From: Octopus vulgaris
Lineage: Eukaryota
Assembly: GCA_951406725.2 (NCBI GenBank)
Contig: OX597829.1
Location: forward strand, 35,526,001-35,590,000
Length of the DNA stretch: 64,000 bases
Reading direction: 5' to 3'
Shown: positions 1-13,895 of the stretch, piece after piece
Numbering within the stretch: the first letter of the stretch is position 1
How the letters are laid out: the number at the start of each line of letters is the position of its first letter
Notes under the pieces: generated by a model
Seen by the model: the letters and a program-made list of their open reading frames with translations, nothing else
The model's database searches: none
Told to the model about the DNA's origin: nothing
Made by a program: the position numbers and the translations under genes

Positions 1-480
1 TAGCTGCTGAGAGCCGCGTGAAACCGTCCAGGTACGAACTGAAGTCCGGTTCCGTCGTCGAAGTTTCGCACAAACTGCTGCTGAAAAGACGCACACATCT
101 GCTCGGAGTCGCATAACACGCGCCCATCCCAATCCTTCAAAACCCTGATCGTGGTTTTGTTTCCACGTCGCGTCCCTAGCGTTCGATCTCATTGGGAAGC
201 TTTAGTTCCTTTCTGGTTGAGCGCACGGGCCTTAGCTCTAACAAAGCTACCTTCGTGTTTCGCTTCGAAGAAATTATCAAGGATTATTCTCGCCGTTAAC
301 ACATCGGTCGCCTCTAATCTATTATTTTCTATTGCTCTTTGCTAAACGCTATCGTCTCTACTCTAATCACCCACTACAGGGCGTCCCACCACCGGTTGTT
401 GACGATTGCCCCCGTCAACTGACGTTTAACTAGTTCACTAATCCGGTCCCTTTAGCCTTTGCGAGTCGGAAAGGACGTGT

Positions 481-1251
481 TTAACTTTCAGTAACAGAGT
501 CCCTGTCTAACTCGACTGTACAGATCAAAAACTTGCGTTCTGTGTAGCCGAATAATTTAAATTGTGGACAACCTATTCTATCCCTATCCTCTGACCTAAC
601 AAATTCTCTATCTAGATACGATATGGATGACGCATTGTGGTTGCTCCATGTCCATACTAGCACATCAGGGAAGTCCAGTCGATACCACCTATCAGACAAT
701 TGGAAGTCTCTTAGTAGGTTTTCGAAGTTTTTGCATCCCCTTCATCCGTGTAATAACCCCACACAGTCCTTCCGTACATCCAAAATCTCATTTCAGTCCG
801 CTATTTGTACTAAACTGCGAGACGTTCCTAAGAAAGTTTCTAGAAACCTGAAGAATTCTGGCCTTCCAGCTCCTGTTGGGGTATAGACGACCACCATTCT
901 AAGGGCGCCACCTTGGCTACCACCTGCATCTAGGACCACCAACCTTCCACACGGGTCCAAGAAGATTGATTTTACTTTGAGATCTAAGGATTTTCGGAAT
1001 AGCACTGCTGCCCCTCCACCCGCTCCCGACAAACCACATGATGAGAATATCTCATAGCCATCGGAAATGGGCGCTAATGCTTGCGCATTAGAAATCCTTA
1101 TCTCGATAACTGCAGCCATATCTAAGTCGAACGACCTGAGGTCGTTTAACCAGTGACCTTGCTTCCAAGCTGACTCCAGGTCACGAATATTCACACATTC
1201 TACTCTGAAAACGACTATGTTTATCGGAGAAACAAAATAGAAGAAGGTCAC
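481..1251 (-). pseudogene. APE endonuclease domain of LINE ORF2 (disrupted)
   Basis: Motifs CVNIRDL, GGAAVLF, GRLVVLD, VVVYTP, WTWSN...SYLDR typical of L1/Tx1 endonucleases; split by stops. Confidence 0.8.
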
Positions 1252-3139
1252 TTACGTTAGATTTTGAGAGGGTCAGCTGATTCAGCTGCCTCGTCTGACG
1301 CATTATCATTAATGAAGGGCCTTCCTAAAGTCCTCTTTTTGGCTTTAGCCTAAAAGGCCCAATGTTTTTTAGGTATTTTTTTTTAAGTTCTAGGTAAGTG
1401 TTGGTGTCCGTTTTTATCAGCTGTCTGTCATAGGGAGTTTCGACAGAAATTCGTCGAACCCCACTCCTTTTGTGTGTGCATGATCTCGTTGTTGCTCTTG
1501 CGAACGACTGTGAAGTTGATGTGGCGTTCGGGTTCTGTAGTCAGTTGTCTGGGTTGTTCTAATTATTGTTGTTTCTCTTCGTGTATTTGTTTCTGTTTTG
1601 GTGCTTTTTGTAGTTGTGGTTGTGGTTGAATGAGTATGCATTGCTTTTGTTGTTGTGATTTGGATGGGTGTGTCGGTCTTATTAGTGTAGCTGATGGATT
1701 TACTGACTTTTCCTTTTCACTTTCAGCTTGGGACGGCCTTTTTTGGAACTATGTTTTCGCTTTTCCCCGACACAAATCCTTCTTGGAGGATTCATTTCCT
1801 CCTCGTCGCATGATAAGACTGCTGAATTGCCCGTTTCGGGAGTATTTAGTGAATCTATGTCGCCTGCCTGTAGGGATGGTCGGGTGTTGGTTGTTTCCGC
1901 CGCTACAGTTATGGTACTATTGTGGTGGTGGGATTTTGCTGTTGCTTTAATGGCTGTAGCTGCATTGATTGTTGTAGATTTTGGCCTTCTTGTGGTGATA
2001 GTAGAGGTGGTGGTAGGAGAACCACCGTTTCTCGTGTTCCATTTTGTTGATTTTGTGGGCAGCCGACCTTCCAATGGGCGTTAGACCTACAAGTGTAACA
2101 CCTTGGCTTCCTTCCTTCCACCACGACTTGGAGTTGTGCTCCGTTGGGAAGCTCGATAAGGTCTGGACCTTGTTTAGTGATTCCGGTTTTACCTGGATCA
2201 AAGTCTCCAAACCAATTCCGACCAGTTCTACTTCCAATATTTTTTAATTTCTAAAAGCGAATCCGAGCCTTCGACCACAGTACATGCAACCAACCACCAA
2301 ATGTCTAATTCTGGTGGCACATCTAATATTTTAACTTTCACCACCCGCTGTCCAAGGTATGTGGGAAGGAGAAAAAGATACTCATGTTTGCACTGGACCA
2401 TTGAGTGTTTGTAGGCCAGAGCTTCTGTGAGGAACCTCACTTCTACAAGGCCATCTTGTCTCCCTCGTGTGGCGCATGGAAGTATGGTGCATTGAACGTT
2501 TTAGCGACACACATCTGTATACGATGATCATTCTGGCCGTCTTCTCCATCAAATCTGAAGGGATAGCAAGCTTTGTTTTCCTATCCCCTCTTTGAAGGAT
2601 TTTTCTAATTCACTCAGGTACGCATGTTTTCCTTTCAGGGAGACTTGCTCCTGCAGTTTTGCTACTCCTACAAAGGAGTTGCTTTTATCATTGTTGTTAT
2701 TATTGGTGTTGATTATATCGTTTTGCTGCTGATGTTGTTCCTATCGTTGTTGGTGTTAGTCAGAGCCAAAGCGACGCTATTGTTTCTGGTGGTGTTCATA
2801 TCGTTGACTGAAGTAGCCAAGCTACTTGCTAACGATGGGAAATCATTAATATCATAGCTGTACTGCTTACTTGACTATCCCGTCAAAACTTTACTGTTGC
2901 TGTTGTTGCTGCTGCTGCTACTGCTGTTGCTGTTGTTGCTACTGCTGTTGCTGTTGAGCGAAGCGGTCTTCGGGAGAAGTCCGAAACGTGGTTCTTTGCT
3001 ATTCGTAAGACCCGCAGAAAAGAAAGCAGGTCAACCCCCCGACACCGAGAACATCGACGGATGGATGAATGCGCATCCAGGCTTAGTCGGGGACAGGAAA
3101 CAGGAAGAAAGAGTGAGAGAAAGTTGGAGCGAAAGAGTA

Positions 3140-3289
3140 CAACGGGGGTCGCCACCACCCCCTGCGGGAGCCTCGTGGAGCTTTATGTGTTTTCGCTCAA
3201 TAAACACACACGACGCCCGGTCTGGGAATCAAAACCGCGATCCTCCGACCGCAAGTTCGCTGCCCTAACCACTGGGCCATTGCGCCTCC
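3140..3289 (-). mobile_element. tRNA-derived SINE
   Basis: Minus strand reads GGAGGCGCAATGGCCCAGTGGTTAGGG (A box) ... GGTTTTGATTCC (B-box-like). Confidence 0.75.
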
Positions 3290-3889
3290 TTGCTGTTGTT
3301 GCTACTACAGTTGTTTGTGTTGTTGTTCGTAGTGGTAGTGGCAGAGGTGATGATGGCGATGGTGTTGTTTGTAATTGTGATTGGGATGGTCATCTTGTTT
3401 TCCTTGCTTGCTTGTCTAGTAGTCACGCCAGCAGGCGAAGAACTGTCAACCTCTCTCATTTTTGTAGCAAAACACTCCTCTGTCTCTCCCCTTCTCTCAT
3501 CGACGACTGAAACTCCCTCGAAACTATTTGTTGCTGTTATTGAGTAAAATTCTAAATTTTTCCAAATGGAATAAAAAATGGAATAAATTTAATAAATCCC
3601 CCAAGAAATAGGGGGACTTTTAACAAAAAAAGAAACTCACCAGCAGAAGAGGGATCCCTTTTTCTCCACCTGGTTGAAAATAATTTTAAAGCACCGCTAT
3701 TTAGCGAGTGAATTCAGCATTAACCTTACATTATATGAAGAATCTGAAACTACTGCCATGAAAAAACAAAATGGATCAAAGAAACTGCAAAAAAGAACGG
3801 GCAGAAACAAATTGAAAAGTGGTGGAGCCAGAAGCCTCTGCTGGGTGTGTTTCGGTGACTGATTGTAACAAACATGCAGATTAAAAGTA

Positions 3890-3933
<44 letters not shown>

Positions 3934-3956
3934 TAATAATAATAATAATAGTAATG

Positions 3957-4484
3957 GCAATGGCTCTCATGGCTCCTGATCTTAACTGATTGGAAGTGTT
4001 ATCATGTACATTCTTTTGTCTTGGTATAAAAGATGGGCTACAGCAAATATTCTGCTCAATACCACAGATTTGCTTGTCAGTTGTTTGACCTTAACCAGTT
4101 GAGTATGTCCCTTGGTGGCTGACGATATGTGCGTCTCTGATCACGAGCAGAAGTAGTGGGGGGGGGCATCATAGCTGTGTGTTGAAAGGAATTCTTAGTG
4201 GTTTGGATAATTCACCTTTTGAAACATGGGTGGTTCGTTCAACATCCTTAAACAATCCTTAAACAGACCTTTTAAGCGGGATGGGTTACTCGACCAGAAG
4301 AAAATTCTAACTGGGCCCCAGTTATGTGCTGTTTATCTTGATATGAGATCACCATGTCGTGCACATTTGGTTGTGATGCATGTGCCTGGTGTACCCTTAT
4401 CAGACGGGTAGTCATGATGGGTATACTGGGCTTCGTATATTTTACCCCAGTGTCACTTTGATGGCATGCACTGCTCTCTCACTC
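3957..4484 (+). repeat. ~520-bp interspersed repeat between (TAA)n arrays, copy 1
   Basis: Clearly alignable by eye to 20021-20513; flanked by (TAA)n at 3889-3950 and 4488-4692. Confidence 0.85.
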
Positions 4485-4489
4485 AATAA

Positions 4490-4545
<56 letters not shown>

Positions 4546-4593
4546 GTAATAGTAGTAGTAATAGTAGTAGTAGAAGTCGTAGTAGTAGTAGTA

Positions 4594-4691
<98 letters not shown>

Positions 4692-4692
4692 T

Positions 4693-7440
4693 TTCTTTAT
4701 TGGTTAGAGGGGTCGCACAAAAAATAAAATGACCATGCTAAAACAGGGGACCGTTGGGGTTTTACATAAAGCTCCCACAATGCATCCTTCGTGCTTAACG
4801 CTGAAGAAATGTGAAGGACGAGCACGTCAGTTGCAATACCTTTCCTAAGCACTTCTCGGTTAATAATTAACTGACTTACTACTCCAGAATTCTCTATCAC
4901 GATTCCCTTAACCTTATCGAATCTCATCTAATAGCTCAAGTCAGAGCTAACCGCTATCCGTTGTTGACGATTACCCTCGTCAAATCCCTCTTGACTATTT
5001 CCCTTCTCCGGTGTCTGTAAATTTGACACTCCAAGAAAGACGCGTTCAGTTTCCAGCAACCGGTTCCCTGTCTATGCAACTCGTCTAGGTCGACCGTACG
5101 GGTCACAAATTAGTGGCCTATGTAGCTGACTACTCTGAAAAAGAGAAAAATGTACACTCTGTACTATCCCTATCTACTGTTCTACAGAATACTCTATCTA
5201 GAAATGATCAGGGTGACCTGATGCTATTTGTTCATGTTAACATGAACGTATTCGGGAAATATAGTCGTTTCCTCTCCTCTAGGTGGAAACGACTGAGAAG
5301 ATTTGCGAGGTTTTCACATTGCCCTCTCCCATCAGTTTGCCCCAACCAATCTATGCGTGAGTCTAAGATCTCATTCCAATCATCTTCTAACTATAAAGAG
5401 CGGGACGTTCCTAGGAAAACCTTCAAATGCCTGAAGAAATCAGGTTGGCTAGCTCCAGTCAGGGTATACACAGTGTGTAGTCCAGGACCACCTACTTGTC
5501 GTCCGGAACAGGAAGATCGATCTCATGTGGAGATTCAGGCCTTTCCAGAACCATTCCGCCTTTATTCTGGATCGTGTAAGAGATGTGAAAATCTCAAAAT
5601 TCTAAAAGTGGGTGTTAATTGCGTGTATCGAAAATCCTGTTCTTGCTGATGACTATCACATCCAAATCTAGCGACTTGAAGTAAACCTCAGTTTTCAAAG
5701 TGATTCAAAGGGACGTGCATTTATGCTACCTATTCTTAATGTCACTAAAGAGATGAAAATAAGTTACTTGCCCATTTAATTATACTGGAGATCCGTATTA
5801 TGTCTCCATGACGTTTTGGCATTCTTTTGAAAAGTCTTTTAGGAGCCTACTGGAGGCCCTTATGTGCGAACTTCACATGTCGTTAAGGAAGTAAGTCCTT
5901 CTTTAATAGTTTATATGTCTCTAATTCCTGCCTTATTTTCAAGTTATGTGACTGTGAATGTACTGGGCCTCTTCGATGAAGGACATCAATTATTTTGTTT
6001 GTGCTGCTTATTATTACAAAGTTTGAGATGGATGTATTTTGTTGGTGTTATATTTGTGTGCCTCTCGCTTGGTGCTGCTCATGTGTGAGTTTTTACTTTT
6101 TCTTGAAGGTGTAGTTGTTGTTGTTGTTGTTGGGGAGTAAATTTGTTTTGATGATTTATTTGTGCTTCGTGCGGTTTCGTCGGTGCTCTTATGGTTATGT
6201 GGTGTCTTTTTATTATGCTTCTCTTTTCGCATGATAATATTTCGTTGTCGGAAGGATCCGATTAGGGTCGGGGTGGAAAAAGAAGCATGTTTCCGTGGGG
6301 CCAATATGTGTGTGTGTGTGAGCGTGTGTGTATGTGAGTGTGTCGCCTGTGTTTTTGAAAGTAGGTGGGAGGGAGATTTAAAGAGCAATTTCCTAGATGG
6401 CGACTTCCGGTTTTATTATGTGCGTTGTTGTTACTGCTACTGCTGTTCTCATTGCCATTGCTGCTACTGGTGTTGCCACTTTTACTGTACGTTGCAGCTG
6501 TTTTGGGGGCTGTGGTGTCGGAATAGTTGGGAAGTCCTCTTGCTTGTTTTGTGGTGATGCAGAAAACTATGAAATGGCCTTCTGCACCACTTCAAGAAGT
6601 ATTTTGGTTTTCTGCCCTCAATCTGAACTCGTAGATCCACACTGGGATCTTTTCTACCTACTCCTATTTGATCTGGAAGAAAATATTTATTGTGTTCCTA
6701 GATCAAAACTCCCTCTCCGTTCGCTTCACCTCGAGTAGAGTTTCACTGTCCTCCAGATTGAACACGCTAACAACCACCAGATGTCCGATCCAGGTGCAAT
6801 ACTTTCTATCTGAGCGCAACTTGTCATTCTCCCGAAATAAGCCCTGACACGTATGGTATCCATGGCGTATTTAATGCGCGTACTTCGTTCTTAAATAGAA
6901 CCCTCACCCTCGACTCATAATCTATGTCTGCTCACATGTTTCTTTTACGTCTCTTCCATTTGGGTCTCTATAGCCGATTCCAAGTGTCGGATTTCAGCCG
7001 ACACACAGTGATAAGAGACTGTTTTCCAGGCATTCGCTGCAACTATCTGAGCTAGAAAGAAACATGTGCAAACCTATCATTTACTTTTACCAGATACTCA
7101 GCTTCTGTGAGTCTGGTCTTATCACCGAAACAGTCGCACCAAACACACATAAATAACTGCGTTGACTTCGTTGCTACCTCAGCAAAAGATTCTTTGCTCA
7201 TATTATTGCTATCATTGTCGTTGCTTGTGCAGGTGCATTATTGTTGCTGCTACTGTAACTAATATTTACGTTTACCAGTTTTCTATTCCTTTCCGCAAGT
7301 ATTGCTGTGGCTTATGTTACTTTTGTTAACATTTATGTCGTCGTCGTCGTCGTTGTGGTCGTGGTGGTATTGATATCAGACCTTGCTCTCAAATGAAACT
7401 AGTGCAAGATGAAGCTCTCTTGCTATCTCTTCACTGAAAC
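4693..7440 (-). mobile_element. Second Tx1/L1-like element, degenerate, RT region apparently deleted
   Basis: 4950-5740 is homologous to the endonuclease region at 400-1210; ORF1-like remnants at ~6500-7150; minus-strand 3' end has AATAAA followed by a (TTA)n tail at ~4693. 5' boundary approximate. Confidence 0.65.
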
Positions 7441-7694
7441 GGGTTTTGTGCTTTAATGCCGTCATAATTTTGAATGAAAAGGAATAAAGAAACAAAAAAA
7501 CCCCCCCAAAAACACAAAATATACGAAGGCGAAATAAAATTACAATTATGCCCTTTAGGGTAAAATTTGGCAGTTCTCCTGTCACCAAAGTGAAGCAGGC
7601 GTTCTTAATTAACTATTGAACAAAAAAATATTCAATAATAAATTTTTTCAACAAAAATTGACAAACCTTTGAGACCTACGTAAACACGCGAGAA

Positions 7695-8338
<644 letters not shown>

Positions 8339-8424
8339 ATACAAAATGAAGAAAAAGGCAAAATAAAAAGCGGAAGAGATACATTAAATCTAAAAATTAA
8401 AGATGAGGATAAAAATTATTATTG

Positions 8425-8456
<32 letters not shown>

Positions 8457-10864
8457 GTGGTCGTGGTGGTGTTGGCGGCGATGATGGTGATAGGGATGTT
8501 CTTATTTGAAATGAGAGAAAAGGAAACAAAATCTAATAGACTATAAGATTAGTAACTGTATATAGAATCTACAGGAGCCAAAGACATTTCAACCGTTACC
8601 ATGCTGTTACGTCATGCTTTAAACACCTTATATTTCTGCTGGATTCTTTGAAATAAGTAAGTTAAGTATGTGAACTAGCTAATTGGATTTCAGTGCTGAA
8701 GGTGTCCTTTCTTCAAAACACCTTTATATTTCCAAAGTGATGGCTTTCAGGTAATGCGTTGTTTTGTTTGTCTTTCTCTTTTCTACAGATCATCAAGCAT
8801 AATTTAATTATATTCTTTTCATATATCATTTCTGTTAATATATTCTATAAATGTGATAAAAAATTGAAAAAAAGATGAGGATACAAAAATAAAGATAATG
8901 GTTGCTCTTCAATTAGAGACTATGACCTTGTCTGTCTGATTGACTGGCAGTTTGATTTTAATTATTTTTTTACGTAAATTTGACTGTATGAGCATGTTTT
9001 AATTTTAATTTAGTTTCAATTAAACTCATAGCTTTAAAATAGGTATAATTCTGAATAAATATATAAATAGCATTTTTGTATGTCATTTGAAGTAATAGAA
9101 TACTCTGGTTTGATAAAAATGTAAAGTTGTGATCAACTCAGCAGTTTTATATACTCTGTAACATAGGAAATATCATTTTAAAAGTGCCTTATGTTTTGTT
9201 TTGATTTTTCATTTGTTTATATTAAACGAATACTAATATTTGCACTGAAATGGCAATAGTGGAATGACAAAAATAATCGAGACACGATACCAGCGTGAAA
9301 TAGATAAGAGACAAATCACCAAGCACTCTATAAAACTCTAGACGTTAAATTCAGCACTTTAATTGGAGAGAATCTTTCACAGGTTCCAGTGTTGCTATTT
9401 CCTGCAGTGGTGTGATATAACACCAGCAGTACCTATTTAGAATATTGTGAGTCAAGTAGTTTGAAAACGACTTCTCTGCATAGCGCGTTGGACTTAAGAT
9501 AAATTATAGCGGTTAGACTTGGCTATTCAGGTAACTGAAAATATGCAGAAGAAACAACTTTCGATGACGACTTTTAGACAATATTTCTATCCTTCGGTCG
9601 AGATATGAAACTAGAGAATCCCCTAAAAACTCCCTATAGAAGATAGGTTTCGATAGCTACAAGTCGTAGGTGAGATCGTGTATGTATGTGTGTTTGCGCG
9701 TGTGTGCGTGTGCGTGCGTGTGCATGTGTATGAATAGATATCTACATACATATTGGATGTCAGAAAGTCATTTGTTCAATTCCTATCGGATATTTTTGTC
9801 AATCATGTTGAGATTCCAGTATAGTTCCATTTTATAGCAACTCATCTGTATTTCCCTATTTTTCTTTGTGGTATATACCAATATCTGACAGGCTTTATTT
9901 TTTTTTAATATTGATGCGCAATACTAACCAAATAAATGAACTAGCTTGTCAGAGAACCCGGACGAACACCGCAAAGCATTCAGTCCAACGTTCTAACGAT
10001 TCTTCCAATTTACTACCGATGTATGCTGTCATGTATGTTTGTTTGCATTTATATATATATGCATGTATGTATATATGTTTTTTTTTATTAATGTATGTAT
10101 TCATGTATGTGTATAGAAGGAAAGAGAGATAGATGCAGGGAGAAAATGAAGGAAGATGTGCATATAAAATATTTTAATTATATAAAACATAAAGATCTCT
10201 AAGTAAAACACTACCACTAAAGCATCAGTAAAATGTACAATAAACAGCTCTATACTATACAGTACAATAAACATAGAGGAATTAGTCTCGCTCTTAAAAA
10301 TAGAAGGTCTCGTAGCTTGACTCACTGTGCATACTTCTTAAGGGTTACGATGTCATTTCTCTCTAATTTAAATATGCATTAAACGAATCGTGGGTGTTTT
10401 GGAAGCGCATTGTCCATGCCGCGTCTTTCAAAATTAGAATTACCACGAAATTAGAACAATAGAACAGCAATGTCATTATTTAGTTCAACAGCATCGTAGA
10501 GTTTTCCACTTCGAAATCGTGGGTTTTTACCCATCTAAATGTAAATCGCTTGTCCCGAATACCTTGAACTTGAGGGAAAATTGACTACCATCCTTCATGG
10601 TAGTAAGATAGTGATAAATACCAGAAGTCACACTATACGATCACAATTCCTATCGGATCAAAAAAAAAAAACATGCGTATTTGTTCATTTCCATGGGGAA
10701 ATATGATATTTATAAAAATGTTTGATGAATTTAAATTTACCACTAGTTCAAATTTAATGAAAGTTATAACACTTACATTTTCTTATTTTTCAGAAATTCC
10801 ATAGTTTTCTCGAAATATTTGAAAAACACTAAGAAATCCGTGGCTGAGCCTAATGAGTTCTTAC

Positions 10865-10989
10865 ATGAGAACATAATATCATTTCCAATGTCTGCAGATA
10901 GGCTGCACTGTTAATAATGTCCTTGACCTGATTTATGACAACGATACTTTGAACGATATTCTTCTCTCGTTCAACGATAGAAAACCCGG
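10865..10989 (-). CDS. Candidate internal exon of an unidentified host gene
   Basis: Acceptor TTTGTTTCGCTGTTACAG, 125-nt open frame (GFSIVEREKNIVQSIVVINQVKDIINSAAYLQTLEMILCSH), donor CAT|GTAAGA, in non-repetitive DNA. No recognised homology. Confidence 0.3.
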
Positions 10990-11489
10990 CTGTAACAGCG
11001 AAACAAATTAAATAAGATCTCATCCAGTTAGAAGATACTTTTTCACTTGTTTGACGACACCCCGTACTAATGCACTGCACGAAAAGAATGCATACATTGA
11101 TTTATCACAGAAATGTGATTTTATTTTCATGTGAAAGTCACACAACTCCACTTCTTTAGTTAATTATTATCTTAGTGGCACAAACCTGCACGTGGTTCAA
11201 AATGTAGCCCGCGATATCTATCCTTTCTTTTATCGAAAATCTGTGAATATACAGGTTCATCCTCCCAATAGACTTTTGTGCCTGCCTTTGATCAAGTACG
11301 GTCAGACCAGTCTCTAGTTTCGCTGAATATGTCTACTTCATGGTGAACAGCAGTTATTGATTATCCAAACTGAGAAGTACGGTCCGAATTATTTATTTCA
11401 ACAGAGTCGTTTATGATAATGATTTTATTTATATATCACAGCAGATCTTAGAATGATGCAATCAAAGAGCTAATAATAATCTTATTTAA

Positions 11490-11697
11490 AAGGCGGCGAG
11501 ATGGCAGAATCGTTAGCACGCTGAGTGAAATATTTAGCAGCATTTCGTACGCCATTACGTTCAAATTCCACCGAAGTTGATTTTGACTTTCATCCTTTCT
11601 GAGTCGATAAAATAAGTACCAGTTGAACACTGGGGCCAATGTAATCGACATAACCCATCTCCCGAAATTATTGGCCTTGTGCCAAATTTGAAATCAA
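11490..11697 (+). mobile_element. tRNA-derived SINE with conserved central domain (Meta/MESC-like, tentative)
   Basis: AAGGCGGCGAGATGGCAGAATCGTTAGCAC head; CTTTCATCCTTTC..GTCGATAAAATAAGTACCAG core; GGCCTTGTGCC tail. Confidence 0.8.
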
Positions 11698-12118
11698 TAA
11701 TAGTCTCGTTGAGATGAAGCATAATAAAGAATAATATAGCTAAATTACCTTTTCACTAAAATGTTCTAAATTAAGTGACCTTCAGTTTTAAGTTTTATTA
11801 ATACTGTCAACAAGTGTAGTATTCTAATTTAAAATTTTGTGTTTAAACTCGCTAAATTTAAAGGCGCGAGTAATTTTCTTTTATTCATGTATACTGTTTA
11901 AGTCATAAATAATTAAATGCACGCAAATAAACGCAAATAAATAATTAAATGCACGAATAAACGCGTCTTAAAACACACTCAAACTCACAATGATATGTAA
12001 AATGGTTTTGTGCTCAATATTTAGCAAAGAGCGGAATAAAAATCGACAAAGTCAGATATAGAGTATGATAAGTACAGCTAAAACAAAATAAAGTAAGTAG
12101 TTGCAAATAAAAGAATTG

Positions 12119-12228
<110 letters not shown>

Positions 12229-12447
12229 TTAGGCATATGTATTAATATAACAACATTAACTACATATATTTTTTCTGCATTTTAACTTATTTCTCGGAGT
12301 CAAACATTCATAAAAATATACGGAAGCATAACACATTATCAGCAAAATAGAAAGAAATGTATGAAAAAATATTCTGCTTATATACGAATTGGTATCAAAG
12401 CAGATATATACAAGAACATCTGGAATTACAAGAACATAGATTTCACC

Positions 12448-12823
12448 TTATACTTGTGTCAGTCATTGGATTATGACCTTGCTGGGGCACCGCCTCGAAG
12501 GATTCTATTTGAACAAATAGACCTCTTATTCTTTTGCTAAGTCTGGTACTTATTCTATCAGTTTCTTTTTGCCGAACCGCTATACTAGAGGGCTATAAAC
12601 AACCCAACACTGATTGGCAAACAGTAGGTATGCATAGACACAGACACTCACACACATGCATTTATATATGCATATATACAATGAGCTTCCATACAATTTC
12701 TATCTACCTGATTGTTCACAAATCATTGGTCAGTCCGGACCTAAAGTAGAGGAGAATTCCCAAGATGCTGAGATCATGTGGTTGCGAAGCGAGATTCTTA
12801 ACCATACAACCATGCCTATGCCT
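12448..12823 (-). mobile_element. Degenerate bipartite SINE (family of 49361-49777)
   Basis: Reverse complement aligns to both the head and the 3' module of the 49.4-kb copy. Confidence 0.65.
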
Positions 12824-13285
12824 AACATCTTTTTTAGCTAGTTTACAAAATGAACCCTAATCCGTAAAATTTGAAAAGTTAATTCGTATAAACACGAGAC
12901 AAGTACCCTTGTTTGTCTCGTGTTGGATATGTTTAGCCCTAGGTTGGACCTTGCTGAAGAAAATCAGACCTTGTGAGTTCTGATTGACTCGCTAAAAGAT
13001 GATCAGAAACCAATTGGTCCAGGGAACTAGATGGTAAATGTTTTTCATTTCCAAATTTATTCCTGTCGAATTTTATCCGTTATTTTTGTGGTTTACTGAA
13101 CCTAGCTGTTCTTTCTAGCGTGCTAAATTCCCTATAAGTGGATTCCTTATGTGTTTAAATATACAATATATCGTATGACTAATATATAGTCTTCTTGACT
13201 AATTTCTTTGCACATTAGACCACTGGAAATGTAAATTTTGATTGAATGTTTTAATTTCAATTAAATTCCATTTCCTTTTGATATG

Positions 13286-13350
<65 letters not shown>

Positions 13351-13538
13351 GAGTGTATTTTACCTTGTTAACAATTAACACGGATAAATAAATAAATAGT
13401 TACCAGGGCAGCAAAAATCTCACAAGTAAAGATGTTGTAACTCCTTGTTTATAAAGGTTGAAACTTCGTGTTTACGTTGAATATTTTGAATAATATGAAT
13501 AAAAAATGGAGTTAACGCAGGTTTAAACAATTATTTTT

Positions 13539-13624
13539 ACTTTCTACATATGTTTCGAAAATTCCACTGATACTATTCAAAAGAATAAAAGGTATAAACA
13601 ATGCAATCCTCTCTTCGGGAAAGT
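13539..13624 (-). ncRNA. Type I hammerhead ribozyme (U4C core)
   Basis: ACTTTC-CCGAAGA-GAGGATT...AATTTTC-GAAA-CATATG-TA-GAAAGT: 6-bp stem I, long stem II, palindromic stem III, GUA triplet. Confidence 0.75.
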
Positions 13625-13707
13625 GAAAAAACGAAACTCGTCAATACGACATTTTAGCAAATAAAATTTTTTTTTTTAAATGTCGTATTGACGAGTTTCG
13701 TTTTTTC

Positions 13708-13793
13708 ACTTTCCCGAAGAGAAGATTGCATTGTTTATACCTTTTATTCTTTTGAATAGTATCAGTGGAATTTTCGAAACATATGTAGAAAGT
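13708..13793 (+). ncRNA. Type I hammerhead ribozyme (U4C core), inverted partner of 13539-13624
   Basis: ACTTTC-CCGAAGA-GAAGATT...AATTTTC-GAAA-CATATG-TA-GAAAGT. Confidence 0.75.
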
Positions 13794-13832
13794 AAAAATG
13801 CTTGTTTAAACCTCCATTTTTTATTCATATAC

Positions 13833-13895
<63 letters not shown>

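Larger units (their letters stand above)
1..3520 (-). mobile_element. Tx1/L1-like non-LTR retrotransposon, degenerate, running off the left window edge
   Basis: Minus-strand ORF pieces: ORF1-like segments (2228-2440) with a CCHC knuckle CYTCRSNAHWKVGC (1909-2124), then an APE endonuclease (793-1251, 481-699). The 5' boundary is approximate. Confidence 0.8.

Noticed and set aside
5113-5649. 178-aa plus-strand ORF (also 623-886)
   Set aside because: Antisense shadow of the minus-strand LINE endonuclease.
8575-8790. Plus-strand splice-like signals around two AAACACCTT(T)ATATTTC repeats
   Set aside because: Implied introns are only ~38 nt and no consistent reading frame emerges.
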